Shown: piece by piece, positions 18,897 to 28,320 of the stretch | Position numbering within the stretch: position 1 is the first letter of the stretch | Layout: each line of letters begins with the position of its first letter | IMG/VR virus record: IMGVR_UViG_3300048854_000081 | Location: 286,037 to 350,036 of that record | Length of the DNA stretch: 64,000 bases | Origin: a virus | Taxonomy: Duplodnaviria; Caudoviricetes | Strand: one strand, 5' to 3' | Position numbers and translations under genes: made by a program | Notes under the pieces: model-generated | Databases searched by the model: none | What the model was told of the DNA's origin: nothing | The model's input: the letters and a program-made list of their open reading frames with translations, nothing else

Positions 18897-19405
18897 AAAA
18901 ATACTATGGTGGTTTCTTCATCGTAGCTGTCGATGAAAAGTGGGGTATTGCTAAGGATAATACTATACCTTGGCATTATAAGGAAGATTTTAAGTTCTTT
19001 AAGAAAATGACGGAAGGCTTTGCTTGTGTGCTGGGTTACAATACCTATGCAGAAATCGCGAAGATGAGAGGTTATCCTGAGAAAACGGACCAACTGCTTC
19101 CGAATCGTATCTGTAAGGTGATCACTTCCCGTGACATCCCTACCTCACAGTTTGTTAAACGAACCACCATAGATGGCGTGGTTAGTTCAGAAAACATCCA
19201 TGCATTCATTGGTGGTGTCCTCATTTACAATTATGCTATGGAAGATTTTTGGGGTGCATGTGAGTACGGTTACATAACTCGTATTAAGCACGACCATGAC
19301 TGTGATACATTCTTTAACAATGAATTGCTTGAGGAAGGATTCAAGCTCGGTGAAGTCATTGAAGAGACGGAAGACCTAAGATTTGAAAAATGGATAAGAA
19401 AATGA
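18893..19405 (+). CDS. frd: dihydrofolate reductase
   Basis: IVAVD...GIAK..IPW..KED..FFK..T, LPNR, IGG, CDTFF. Confidence 0.88.
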   Translation: MKKYYGGFFIVAVDEKWGIAKDNTIPWHYKEDFKFFKKMTEGFACVLGYNTYAEIAKMRGYPEKTDQLLPNRICKVITSRDIPTSQFVKRTTIDGVVSSENIHAFIGGVLIYNYAMEDFWGACEYGYITRIKHDHDCDTFFNNELLEEGFKLGEVIEETEDLRFEKWIRK

Positions 19406-19911
19406 ATCTAATAGAATTAACTGAAGCACTCAAACAGAAGACCAAGGGAACTTACATGGCAGTGGATTTTTCTGCTGATACGGTCAAGCGTCTACGCAAG
19501 TTTATGAAAGACCACGATATCCCTAACCGTGTTCCTAAGGAAAAGTATCACACCACAGTGATCTATTCTCGTAAGTATCTACCTGACGTAAAGGCTCTTG
19601 GTAAGATTGATCCACCTTGGATTGGTAAGCCTGTCAAGCTTGACATCTTCACCAGCAAGGAAGGTAACAATTGTCTTGTTTTACTTTTCTCTTGTAAGGA
19701 ATTGGTGAAGCGTCATGAACAGATCATGGATGAGCACAAGGCTACCTATGATTTCCCTGAGTACCATGCTCATATTACAATGTCTTACAATTGTGGTGAC
19801 TTCGATCCTAAGTCGATTAAGGACTTTAGCTCGATTGGTGACATTGAAATCGTAAACGAATATGCCGAAGATTTAAATCTGGATTGGGCGAAGACTGAAG
19901 GCTCCGAGTAA
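19402..19911 (+). CDS. T4 gp57B/Acb1-like 2H phosphodiesterase (anti-CBASS candidate)
   Basis: KGTYMAV.F, YHTTVIYSR, A.YDFPEY.AHITMSY (two HxT motifs), E..EDL. Confidence 0.8.
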   Translation: MNLIELTEALKQKTKGTYMAVDFSADTVKRLRKFMKDHDIPNRVPKEKYHTTVIYSRKYLPDVKALGKIDPPWIGKPVKLDIFTSKEGNNCLVLLFSCKELVKRHEQIMDEHKATYDFPEYHAHITMSYNCGDFDPKSIKDFSSIGDIEIVNEYAEDLNLDWAKTEGSE

Positions 19912-19979
19912 CGGGCCAGCGGTTCACGACATTTTTCGTCACATAAATATTTTTACATATAGAAATTGGAAATATATTT

Positions 19980-21269
19980 ATGTTTGATAACAAACACTTA
20001 GAAACACTTGAGAAGTTATTTAGAATTAAAAATCTACACCCGACCATTAGTAATGGTCGTTATGCTACTATGCGCGACCCAAAGTATGGTACTGCTACTC
20101 TTACTTCGTACAATCCACAATTGGTGACAGAGACGGAGACAGTCATAAAGTCATTCCTCAATACTGTCAACACAATTGTGAAAGTTCCTTTCATGGGTAA
20201 GGAAATGGATGTTCATTACGGATATGAATTGACCACTCGTAATGAAGAGGGTGAATATGGGGCGTCAGTATTGGGCAATCAGTTAGACAGAATTCTGAAG
20301 ATGGCTGGTGTCGCACCCGAATTCAGAATCGTAAAATATGTTGAAGGTAAGCCTTACCTAAAGATTAATCCTGTTGTCCGTTCCGTGGAATTACCAACAT
20401 TTGATGACAACATTTACGGTAACTTCGTCAATTCATTGATGCAGACTGGTCAGAAAGAGTTGTCGTTGATTGATCCATCTGGATTTCTAACCGAACACAA
20501 TAGAATCGAACTTCATGATATCGAAAATGTCTTTCTAGCTGCCAATACTCTTGTAGAAAAATATTTGTTGGATATTCATACGAATGAACTTGAAGCTATT
20601 GCGCAAGAACCAAAGAAAGACCCTATGTGGGAAAAATCTGAGGATGAAATCTACGATACCCTCGTAACTACGTTCAAGAAATTAGAAATTCCAGCTTTCT
20701 ATGATTTGGCGGCTGAAGATAGAGCCAAGCGTGCTACAAAGCACGAGCATGAGAAATCTACCGTAGAATTTTTCAAGAAATGTACTTATTCAAACTACTA
20801 TGAACCAGCCGAGTATGAAATCAAGCGTTGGGCATGGGAAGTAGATGTTACCTTACCTAACGGTTTTAATTTTGAAGATAAACGTAATGCCCGTCATACA
20901 AAGCAATTTCTAAGACTGGTCAACTTGACTATTGATTGGGTAACGAATTACTTTACTCCGATTGAAGATTTACAGATTGGTTTCTTGTTTGAAGATGGTT
21001 CTTTTGAGGACAGTCCAATCATCAAAAACATTTTATCTAATGTTATTGATGCAAAGGCTGTCTCTGCTTCTGATCTTGAACTGGTTATTGACCTTTATGA
21101 CAGTAAGGAGTACGTTATTGGTATGAAGCCACCTGTGGCTGTTCCCGTAGAAAATGAAGGTGAATTCAGGTTGGAAGATATAGCTACTCCAATTTCCGGA
21201 GTAGAATCAGAAGAGGAAGATACCCCCTACTTAACCACCTCATTAGGGTTTGGTAGCGAGTTCATCTAA
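19980..21269 (+). CDS. hypothetical late protein
   Basis: 429-aa ORF; CATAAATA box at ~19942. Confidence 0.7.
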   Translation: MFDNKHLETLEKLFRIKNLHPTISNGRYATMRDPKYGTATLTSYNPQLVTETETVIKSFLNTVNTIVKVPFMGKEMDVHYGYELTTRNEEGEYGASVLGNQLDRILKMAGVAPEFRIVKYVEGKPYLKINPVVRSVELPTFDDNIYGNFVNSLMQTGQKELSLIDPSGFLTEHNRIELHDIENVFLAANTLVEKYLLDIHTNELEAIAQEPKKDPMWEKSEDEIYDTLVTTFKKLEIPAFYDLAAEDRAKRATKHEHEKSTVEFFKKCTYSNYYEPAEYEIKRWAWEVDVTLPNGFNFEDKRNARHTKQFLRLVNLTIDWVTNYFTPIEDLQIGFLFEDGSFEDSPIIKNILSNVIDAKAVSASDLELVIDLYDSKEYVIGMKPPVAVPVENEGEFRLEDIATPISGVESEEEDTPYLTTSLGFGSEFI

Positions 21270-21332
21270 GCCGTATTGATTTACAACGTGATCCCATGTA
21301 GAATGCCGCTTAGCCTCTACATGGGATTTTTT

Positions 21333-23222
21333 ATGTCTAACATCGATGAACTTATTGCACAGCTTGAACTCTATGACGATGCCTACCATAACGGTGACGC
21401 GCTAGTTCCTGACGTTCAGTATGATCTACTGAAGGAAGAAGCACTTAAGCTCAAGCCGAACCACCCTTATTTCATGCAGGTAGGTTCAGACGTTCGTGGA
21501 GGTAAGGTAAAGCTGCCTCATTCCATGGGTTCGTTGGATCAGATTTACCTCGATTCTGCCAAATTTACCTTCTCCAAGTGGAGCGGTAAGTACAAGCTTG
21601 CCAAGGAAGACATTATTATCAGCCATAAGCTTGATGGTATCTCCTGTCTTGTCCAGTACAAGAATGGTGAACTACAGATTGCTTATAGTCGCGGTAAGGG
21701 TCTTATGGGTGCAGATATCACTCGCCATGTTAAGAAGATTTCGAATCTCCCTAAGCAAATTGATGGTAAGGGTCATCTGACCATTCGCGGTGAGCTAATC
21801 ATGGCTGACCAGACGTTTGCTGATAACTGGGCATCCGAATTTGCCAATCCTCGTAACATGGTCGCCGGTATGTTCAACCGTAGCCAGAGCGACGATGCCG
21901 CCATTGCTGACGTAGTGTTTATTGCCTACCAGACAGTTGCAGCCAGTGATGAATACATTACAGATACTCAGAGCGGCGATATGCTGCGACTCCACGAACT
22001 TGGATTCACGGTGGTTAACTGTGAAGCAGTTGTGGGTGGTGACCTCAATAACGATATCCTTACCGCGAAGCTTGCCAAGGCACGCTCTAGATCGCCGTAT
22101 GCGCTCGACGGTATTGTTCTGACCATCGACGCCAAGGGTAGTCAAAAGAATCTCTCTAACAGTGATAGCCTCAATCCTGAGCACTCTGTCAAGTACAAGG
22201 TGCAGGATAAGGATGCAGAAAAAGATGCGGTTGTGGTTGACGTTCTTTATGAAATCAGTAAGTGGGGTTCGTATAAGCCTCGTGTACAAATTCTTCCTAT
22301 TCAGATTGGTGGCGTAACGGTTACGTATGCCACAGGTTTCAACGGTAAGTTCATCGTTGACAACAAGATTGGTCCGGGGAAGAAAATCAAGCTGGTTCGT
22401 TCCGGTGATGTTATCCCCTACATCGTATCCGTTGAGAAAGACGATAAGATTGAGCCTAAGTATCCTGATGGTGCTTGGGATTGGAATGACAATAAGGTTG
22501 AATTCATTGATAAGAATTTTGCCACAAACCCTGACGTTATCTTTAAGCAGGTATTGGATTTCTTCAAGACACTTGATGTCGATCTTCTTAAGGAAGCCAG
22601 TCTTGAAAAGGTATTCGACAAACTGAGCCTGAGTGGTCAGTCTTACGAAACCATTCTGGAAACCATTCTTAGCTTGATTGAAATGGAATGGGTGAGCATC
22701 ATCGGTTCCAATGGCTCCAAGATTTTCGCCAGCCTTGAGCGTCGTCTGAGTGCGCTTACGATGGCTACCTACCTTGGCTCCGTGAACTACTTCGGTGCAG
22801 GCTTCGGTGTCCGTAAGGCTAAGCTCCTTCTCAAGAATGTATCCAATGAGGATGACGTATGGAACCTCACGGTCAAGGACGTTGTTGACTTTGAAGGCTT
22901 CGATGTCAAGACCGCACAGAACTTCGTTAATGGTTTGAAGAAGGCGGAAGTCTTCGCCAGTGAGAACAAGCTGACGTTTGTCAAGGAAGTCAAGACGGAC
23001 ACGTTGAGCCATCTTAACGTTGTGTTCACTGGTTTCCGTGATAAGGATTTGCAGGATAAGTTGGAGAAGTCTGGTGCCAAGGTTGGTTCGTCGGTCTCTA
23101 AGAAGACCACACACCTTGTGACGGCTGAACCTAACTCAACCTCTTCCAAGGCTAAGAAAGCCCGTGAAATGGGTGTAGAGACCCTTTCTGTGGACGAATT
23201 CAAGGATAAGTTTAATCTGTGA
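21333..23222 (+). CDS. ligA: NAD-dependent DNA ligase
   Basis: Y..G...VPD..YD, KLDG, RGE, NPRN, DGIV, RSGDVIP, C-terminal BRCT (VVFTG..SVSKKT). Confidence 0.92.
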   Translation: MSNIDELIAQLELYDDAYHNGDALVPDVQYDLLKEEALKLKPNHPYFMQVGSDVRGGKVKLPHSMGSLDQIYLDSAKFTFSKWSGKYKLAKEDIIISHKLDGISCLVQYKNGELQIAYSRGKGLMGADITRHVKKISNLPKQIDGKGHLTIRGELIMADQTFADNWASEFANPRNMVAGMFNRSQSDDAAIADVVFIAYQTVAASDEYITDTQSGDMLRLHELGFTVVNCEAVVGGDLNNDILTAKLAKARSRSPYALDGIVLTIDAKGSQKNLSNSDSLNPEHSVKYKVQDKDAEKDAVVVDVLYEISKWGSYKPRVQILPIQIGGVTVTYATGFNGKFIVDNKIGPGKKIKLVRSGDVIPYIVSVEKDDKIEPKYPDGAWDWNDNKVEFIDKNFATNPDVIFKQVLDFFKTLDVDLLKEASLEKVFDKLSLSGQSYETILETILSLIEMEWVSIIGSNGSKIFASLERRLSALTMATYLGSVNYFGAGFGVRKAKLLLKNVSNEDDVWNLTVKDVVDFEGFDVKTAQNFVNGLKKAEVFASENKLTFVKEVKTDTLSHLNVVFTGFRDKDLQDKLEKSGAKVGSSVSKKTTHLVTAEPNSTSSKAKKAREMGVETLSVDEFKDKFNL

Positions 23223-23797
23223 GATATGTTGTCAGATGTAAAATAGAAGACCACATCATAGAGTTAGCAAAAGAACATATGCTGGGTAAGACATTGAATA
23301 GATCGATCACCAATGGTGAAAGAGATTTGATGTCTACCATAGCAGAGATTTATTTTATCCATATGATGGATATTCTTAAATTTGAAAACATCGATTATGT
23401 AAGATCAATGGACTATGATGTACTAATTGATAATTTAAAGATCGATATTAAAGCTAAACAGAGAACCGTTGACCCTAAACCTGATTACATGGCAAGCATA
23501 GTTGCTTATAGTAAGACTAAGCAAAAATGTGATTATTATGCTTTTTGTCAGATCACAGTAGATCGTTCTGGTACGTTCAAAGATTTTTATTACATTGGTG
23601 GAATATCCAAAGAACTGTACTTTAAAAAATCTGAGTTTAAACGAAAGGGTGAACTTGATGGAAGCAACATGGTTAATGGATCGAGATTCAGGATCAGAGA
23701 AGATTGCTACAATTTAGCGTATGAAAATCTGAAATCTCTTTCGAAAGAAGATTCAGAGATTTTATCTGATAAAAAATTTGAAATAATAGAGTGGTAA
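23219..23797 (+). CDS. putative PD-(D/E)xK nuclease
   Basis: E...DYD...IDIKAKQR, DYYAF; AT-richer than neighbours. Confidence 0.5.
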   Translation: MRYVVRCKIEDHIIELAKEHMLGKTLNRSITNGERDLMSTIAEIYFIHMMDILKFENIDYVRSMDYDVLIDNLKIDIKAKQRTVDPKPDYMASIVAYSKTKQKCDYYAFCQITVDRSGTFKDFYYIGGISKELYFKKSEFKRKGELDGSNMVNGSRFRIREDCYNLAYENLKSLSKEDSEILSDKKFEIIEW

Positions 23798-23800
23798 TTT

Positions 23801-24100
23801 ATGAAGACTCAAATAGTAAAATTTGAAGATGACACCTTTGGTATACGTAAAGGTGGGAAACTGTTCGGTTACCATTACCTCGTAAGATCAAGAGGTATCG
23901 GTAGATACGAATGGAAGTGGATTCCACATAGTGATATCGATCATAAGGTAAAGCTTCCTTATTACGAGAAAGCAGTAAGGTTGCTCAGACTTTACGATGA
24001 CGAAATTGCGAAGCCTAAGAAGGTATTACCAGATTACGGTACACCGTATGAGCGGTTTGATGCTAGAATGATTTACAATCGATTAGAGAATGAAGACTAA
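23801..24100 (+). CDS. hypothetical protein (paralog A)
   Basis: IVKFEDDTFGIRK...YL...DYG. Confidence 0.65.
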   Translation: MKTQIVKFEDDTFGIRKGGKLFGYHYLVRSRGIGRYEWKWIPHSDIDHKVKLPYYEKAVRLLRLYDDEIAKPKKVLPDYGTPYERFDARMIYNRLENED

Positions 24101-24399
24101 TGTACGATCTTGATATTGTGAAATTTCGTAATAATAAATGGGCTGTCAGAAGAACCACTTTCTTCGGCAGATTTCGTTATCTTAGTATGTTCAAAACTGT
24201 ACTCGGTGAAACAGGTATGAATGGTGGTAAGCGCATCGTTTGGTCTTGGCATAAGGTAGATCAAGCTGAGCGGTTTCAACTTGATTCAATTACAGAAGCA
24301 GAACATCTTGTTCTTGATTATATTAACGATCATACTGAGATTAGTGTAGATTATGGCTCTTCTCGGTCTCGTGCTACTGCACATGTTCCAGTACCATAA
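24100..24399 (+). CDS. hypothetical protein (paralog B)
   Basis: IVKFRNNKWAVRR...YL...DYG. Confidence 0.65.
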   Translation: MYDLDIVKFRNNKWAVRRTTFFGRFRYLSMFKTVLGETGMNGGKRIVWSWHKVDQAERFQLDSITEAEHLVLDYINDHTEISVDYGSSRSRATAHVPVP

Positions 24400-24415
24400 T
24401 ATAATGTAAAATGGA

Positions 24416-25213
24416 TCATAGTTTTACTATGATCCATCCATTTATAGGTTTCCCATCTTTAAGGCGTCGGGCAAATGTGGATATATTCGTATTCAAAAAC
24501 TCTAATACTGGTGGTCTTCCTATGAAAATAATTTGCTCAGAATCTTTGGATAACTGATATTCAACTCGCAACACTGAATGATATTCAGATGATTTTCTTT
24601 TGATTTCTTCAGCTTTATCCTTACCATGAAGTTCTTCAAGCGTTTTCCCAATCATCTGTTCTCCACGCTTAATTGAGCCCTTTATAAAATTTTCCTTACA
24701 TTTTATTTTATGCTCGTTCGATTTTGGTTTCTGAAGCTTAACGCTACGGTCTTCCTTTAATCTCTTGGCTTCAGATTCACCATAAATTTCTTCATAGGTT
24801 TTACCAAGCTGTAAACCGGTTAAGGCTTGCGACATTTTAGCTTTGGATTCATCAGTGTGTTTTTTACCAAACATACCGTTATTAGGTCCAAAGTTTGTGG
24901 CACCCCTTCTACCACCGTAATCACAGTTGGTTAAAATACCGCCATTACTTTCTATACCATAGAATGTTATAACCTTCGTCTCCAATAGATATGCGGTCTC
25001 TTCATCTAAATCTTTGTGTAATATTTTAGTGATAGGCTTAAGGTCAAGGGATATCAATTTTTTGATGATATTATCCTTGTGAAAATTATGAGTCGTACCA
25101 CCATTTTTTACTTTTGAATAGTGGTGATTAACTCTATAATACTTGCCTTTACCGACATAAAATGGTAGGTTAGTACGTGGATCAACCAACATATAAACAT
25201 AGTAATTATTCAT
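24416..25213 (-). CDS. GIY-YIG homing endonuclease with NUMOD3 motifs
   Basis: YYVY.LVDPR..PFYVGKG..R, LTN, MFGKKHTDESKAKMS, GKTYEEIYG repeats. Confidence 0.85.
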   Translation of the reverse strand: MNNYYVYMLVDPRTNLPFYVGKGKYYRVNHHYSKVKNGGTTHNFHKDNIIKKLISLDLKPITKILHKDLDEETAYLLETKVITFYGIESNGGILTNCDYGGRRGATNFGPNNGMFGKKHTDESKAKMSQALTGLQLGKTYEEIYGESEAKRLKEDRSVKLQKPKSNEHKIKCKENFIKGSIKRGEQMIGKTLEELHGKDKAEEIKRKSSEYHSVLRVEYQLSKDSEQIIFIGRPPVLEFLNTNISTFARRLKDGKPINGWIIVKL

Positions 25214-25985
25214 GAATTCTCCAAATAAAATCAACTACAATGCTATATTTATCTCAGACACACATCTTGGACGTGAGGAATGTCAATATCTTAAACTGTT
25301 GGTTTTCCTGAAGTCTCTTGAGACTGACGATGGTCACGGCTATCGTGTAAAGACGTTGTATTTGAATGGCGATATCATTGACATTACTAATTTTCAAAAG
25401 AAACCATTCTTCTCGCTACATCTGACCGTCATCAAGAAGTTACTTCGTATGAAGGACAAGGGTGTAGAAATCATCTACATCCTTGGAAATCATGAGGCAC
25501 CTATCCATTCCTTGTTTGCGGATGAAAACGGTAACTATGAAGGAATCACCTTCAAGAAACACGTAATCCATGAAGCTTTGAATGGTAAGAAATATCTTGT
25601 CATCCATGGTGACCAGTTTGATGGTATAGTAAGAACTCACCCGATCATTTACAAGTTGGGTGATGCGGCATATAACGTCATGAATGTTATTAACAACATT
25701 CAGAATAAGATTAGACGATTACTTGGTAAACCCGAGTGGAGCTTTGCCCATTGGATCAAAACAAAAGCTAAGAGTGCTGTGAAGATGGTTGGTGACTTTG
25801 AAACCATCATTGCAGATTACGCCAAGCGATTTGACGTAGATGGTGTCATGGCTGGTCATATTCATATGCCGGAAGATCGTATGATTGATGGCATTCATTA
25901 CCTTAACAGTGGAACGTGGGTTGAAATATGCTCTGCGATTATTGAAGATGAAAGTGGTACGATTACAGTACAGAGGTTTGACTAA
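25212..25985 (+). CDS. calcineurin-like metallophosphoesterase (LpxH-like)
   Basis: SDTHLG, GDIID, GNHE, HGDQFD, GHIH, NSGTW. Confidence 0.88.
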   Translation: MNSPNKINYNAIFISDTHLGREECQYLKLLVFLKSLETDDGHGYRVKTLYLNGDIIDITNFQKKPFFSLHLTVIKKLLRMKDKGVEIIYILGNHEAPIHSLFADENGNYEGITFKKHVIHEALNGKKYLVIHGDQFDGIVRTHPIIYKLGDAAYNVMNVINNIQNKIRRLLGKPEWSFAHWIKTKAKSAVKMVGDFETIIADYAKRFDVDGVMAGHIHMPEDRMIDGIHYLNSGTWVEICSAIIEDESGTITVQRFD

Positions 25986-26314
25986 TGTCTAAAGTTATGG
26001 GTTTTGAAGAACTGATGAAACATATTGAAAATCTTCCACCACCGACTGAAGATCAAATTAAAGAATTGCGGAGAAATCTTCATATTTCTGATTATGAAGA
26101 TTTCATTGGAAAGCCGTATGATACGTTTGTTAAGTTCATGTTCCAAGAGAGACTTGAATATAACCTTGTCAGTGTAGACGGTAGGGCGATTAAAGAACAC
26201 ACACCGCGAGGCTTACAGGTTCATGTAGTCTTCGACAAGATTGAATCGTTTGATTACAATCTTGATTGGTATGAAGAATACAACGAAGTATTTTATGGTA
26301 AGGATCAAGAATAA
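25985..26314 (+). CDS. hypothetical protein
   Basis: TAATG coupling; FIG.P motif shared with next ORF. Confidence 0.6.
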   Translation: MSKVMGFEELMKHIENLPPPTEDQIKELRRNLHISDYEDFIGKPYDTFVKFMFQERLEYNLVSVDGRAIKEHTPRGLQVHVVFDKIESFDYNLDWYEEYNEVFYGKDQE

Positions 26315-26508
26315 TGACACAACAGTTTAATGAATTTATCGGCCAGCCTTTGGAAGTCCTTGAGGAAGCCGCAAAGAAAGACGGGTTTACGGTTCGCATC
26401 ACGCATAAGGATGGTCGGCCTATGGTGGTGACTCGGGATGTCCAGAACAAACGTCTTAACGTGGCTACTGTATCTGGATTGGTTACTCTTATCCTTGGAG
26501 TAGGCTGA
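26314..26508 (+). CDS. small protein (I78/potato-inhibitor-like fold candidate)
   Basis: FIGQP...A...VRI...G..VTRD...RLNV....G.VT....G. Confidence 0.5.
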   Translation: MTQQFNEFIGQPLEVLEEAAKKDGFTVRITHKDGRPMVVTRDVQNKRLNVATVSGLVTLILGVG

Positions 26509-26933
26509 TGATTTTTTATGTCTTGGGATTTGCCTTCTATGGTGATGAGGTTCTTTTAATTAGGAAGAATCGTCCATTGTGGCAGCAGGGTAAGCTTAAT
26601 GGTATTGGTGGTAAGATTGAAGAAATCGACGCCAATCCATGGGCAGCTATGCAACGTGAATTCAAGGAAGAATGTGGGCTAACCGTTTCGGATTGGAAAC
26701 ATTATGTTACCTTGGGTGATGTAGATGGTTCTGCATGGAAAATGGTTGTGTTTACCACTGAACTGAATGATATTCATAGTTTGCACTCTGCAACTGATGA
26801 AGTGGTCGGACTTTATTCAGTTGAAGACATCATTACTTCCAAAGAAGAAATCATGTCAAATCTTCCATGGCTTATTACCTTAGCCAAGGATTGCCATGGG
26901 ATACATCCTCCGTTTATTGGATATGATCAATGA
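26508..26933 (+). CDS. Nudix hydrolase (MutT-like)
   Basis: LNGIGGKIE.....AAMQREFKEECG. Confidence 0.85.
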   Translation: MIFYVLGFAFYGDEVLLIRKNRPLWQQGKLNGIGGKIEEIDANPWAAMQREFKEECGLTVSDWKHYVTLGDVDGSAWKMVVFTTELNDIHSLHSATDEVVGLYSVEDIITSKEEIMSNLPWLITLAKDCHGIHPPFIGYDQ

Positions 26934-27208
26934 AAACTAATATTATTGAAGTTGGAACATTGGTAGTCTTTAGTCCAAAGGTATTCAATCCATTGAGACC
27001 ATGGTATCCTTATTATGAAAATTATAAGGGTCAGGTCTTTAAGGTTGTTGGCTATCTGGAAGATAAAGAAGAGGGAACAGTTTATGACCATATATTTTTA
27101 GAATGTGTCAGTGATCCTACTGTTACAGTTGACGGATGTGTTCATGACTATGATGTAATACCAATTCCTAAGATGAACATTGATGGACATAAACATGGTC
27201 AGCATTGA
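26930..27208 (+). CDS. hypothetical protein
   Basis: ATGA coupling. Confidence 0.6.
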   Translation: MKTNIIEVGTLVVFSPKVFNPLRPWYPYYENYKGQVFKVVGYLEDKEEGTVYDHIFLECVSDPTVTVDGCVHDYDVIPIPKMNIDGHKHGQH

Positions 27209-27226
27209 CATTTAAAAATAGTTGAG

Positions 27227-27763
27227 TCAGGCTTCCCTTATCAGTTTGATTAATTTTATGGCATCATCGTTACTCATGTTATTTTTTGCATAATTGATAC
27301 AACATGAAACGAATTGAATGTTGCCAATTATATAACCAAGAGTCGAATCTATTCTATCTATAGAAGGTTGATCGATGTATGACGTTGAATATAAATCTAA
27401 CTTGATATTGGACAATGCACATTTGCCTTGCTGTTTATCCCATAGCACACCAAGATAATCTAATGTAATGGTCACTTCTTTGTTTCTACCTTTACATTTT
27501 CTGATCAGTGCACTGAATGGCAAATCTCTACCAAAATATTTCCTATTTTTGGCGGCAGCTTGAGTGCTAGCTTTCTTTTGTAACTCTGGATTATCAGAAA
27601 AGCTATTTTTTCCTTTTAGCTGTATAAAATTTCTTTTTCCATGACAAGAACGAGTACAGAAGAATTTACAATCAGGATTTATTCTACGTTGTTTGTTATA
27701 ATCAGCAGTTCGTTTTTCAAAAATATTACCACATTGGGAACATTGAGTAGTTGTTGTTTTCAT
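27227..27763 (-). CDS. HNH-like homing endonuclease with N-terminal Zn finger
   Basis: CSQC..FCTRSC; QQGKCALS..SIDRIDS..GY..GNIQFV..IN.AK; ATG 27763 right after CTAAATA. Confidence 0.8.
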   Translation of the reverse strand: MKTTTTQCSQCGNIFEKRTADYNKQRRINPDCKFFCTRSCHGKRNFIQLKGKNSFSDNPELQKKASTQAAAKNRKYFGRDLPFSALIRKCKGRNKEVTITLDYLGVLWDKQQGKCALSNIKLDLYSTSYIDQPSIDRIDSTLGYIIGNIQFVSCCINYAKNNMSNDDAIKLIKLIREA

Positions 27764-27832
27764 ACATCTATTTAGTGGAGGTAACTGGTTAATATTATTA
27801 ATAACAATTCCTGTTATCTCCACCAAGATCAC

Positions 27833-27857
27833 AAAAAGGAGCTTCGGCTCCTTTTTT
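27833..27857. terminator. intrinsic terminator
   Basis: AAAAAGGAGC-ttcg-GCTCCTTTTTT. Confidence 0.8.
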
Positions 27858-28033
27858 GCTTTGCTTTAAACGAAAAATGTGGTATAAATGTCTGAAATGA
27901 AAGAAGTTTTCTTATGTTGAATAAATCTTCACAAATGTGAAGGCCAAATTTATATCGATACGATTGTAAAGCAAATAAATAAAAATGGATCACAAAGTGT
28001 GATCTAATTCATAATTTACAGGGAGAATCCAAA

Positions 28034-28222
28034 ATGTTTATTCTAGGTGTCGCGGTTGGTGGTGTGGTTGGCATTTATCTTGGTAGAAAGTCTCCTGTCC
28101 TACAGGCATGGATTGTGACCAAGGTTGATGAGTTGGTTGCTAAGTTTAAGAAAGAAAAAGAGAAGATTCAGGTAACCACTCCTGCTTCTGTGACTGCTAC
28201 AACTGAAACGAAAGCTGAATAA
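28034..28222 (+). CDS. small membrane-anchored protein
   Basis: RBS GGAGA; N-terminal TM. Confidence 0.6.
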   Translation: MFILGVAVGGVVGIYLGRKSPVLQAWIVTKVDELVAKFKKEKEKIQVTTPASVTATTETKAE

Positions 28223-28320
28223 GAAATTAATATAATTAATCGACTTGACATAATAGTCGGTCGATTATATTATAGGCCCACGCAACAGAAAAACAATAAG
28301 AAAACAAGGTATTATAATAA

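Noticed and set aside
21795-23114. 439-aa minus-strand ORF (and similar antisense ORFs at 36734, 44188, 54717, 59574)
   Set aside because: Antisense shadows of well-supported genes caused by codon bias; no RBS or motifs.
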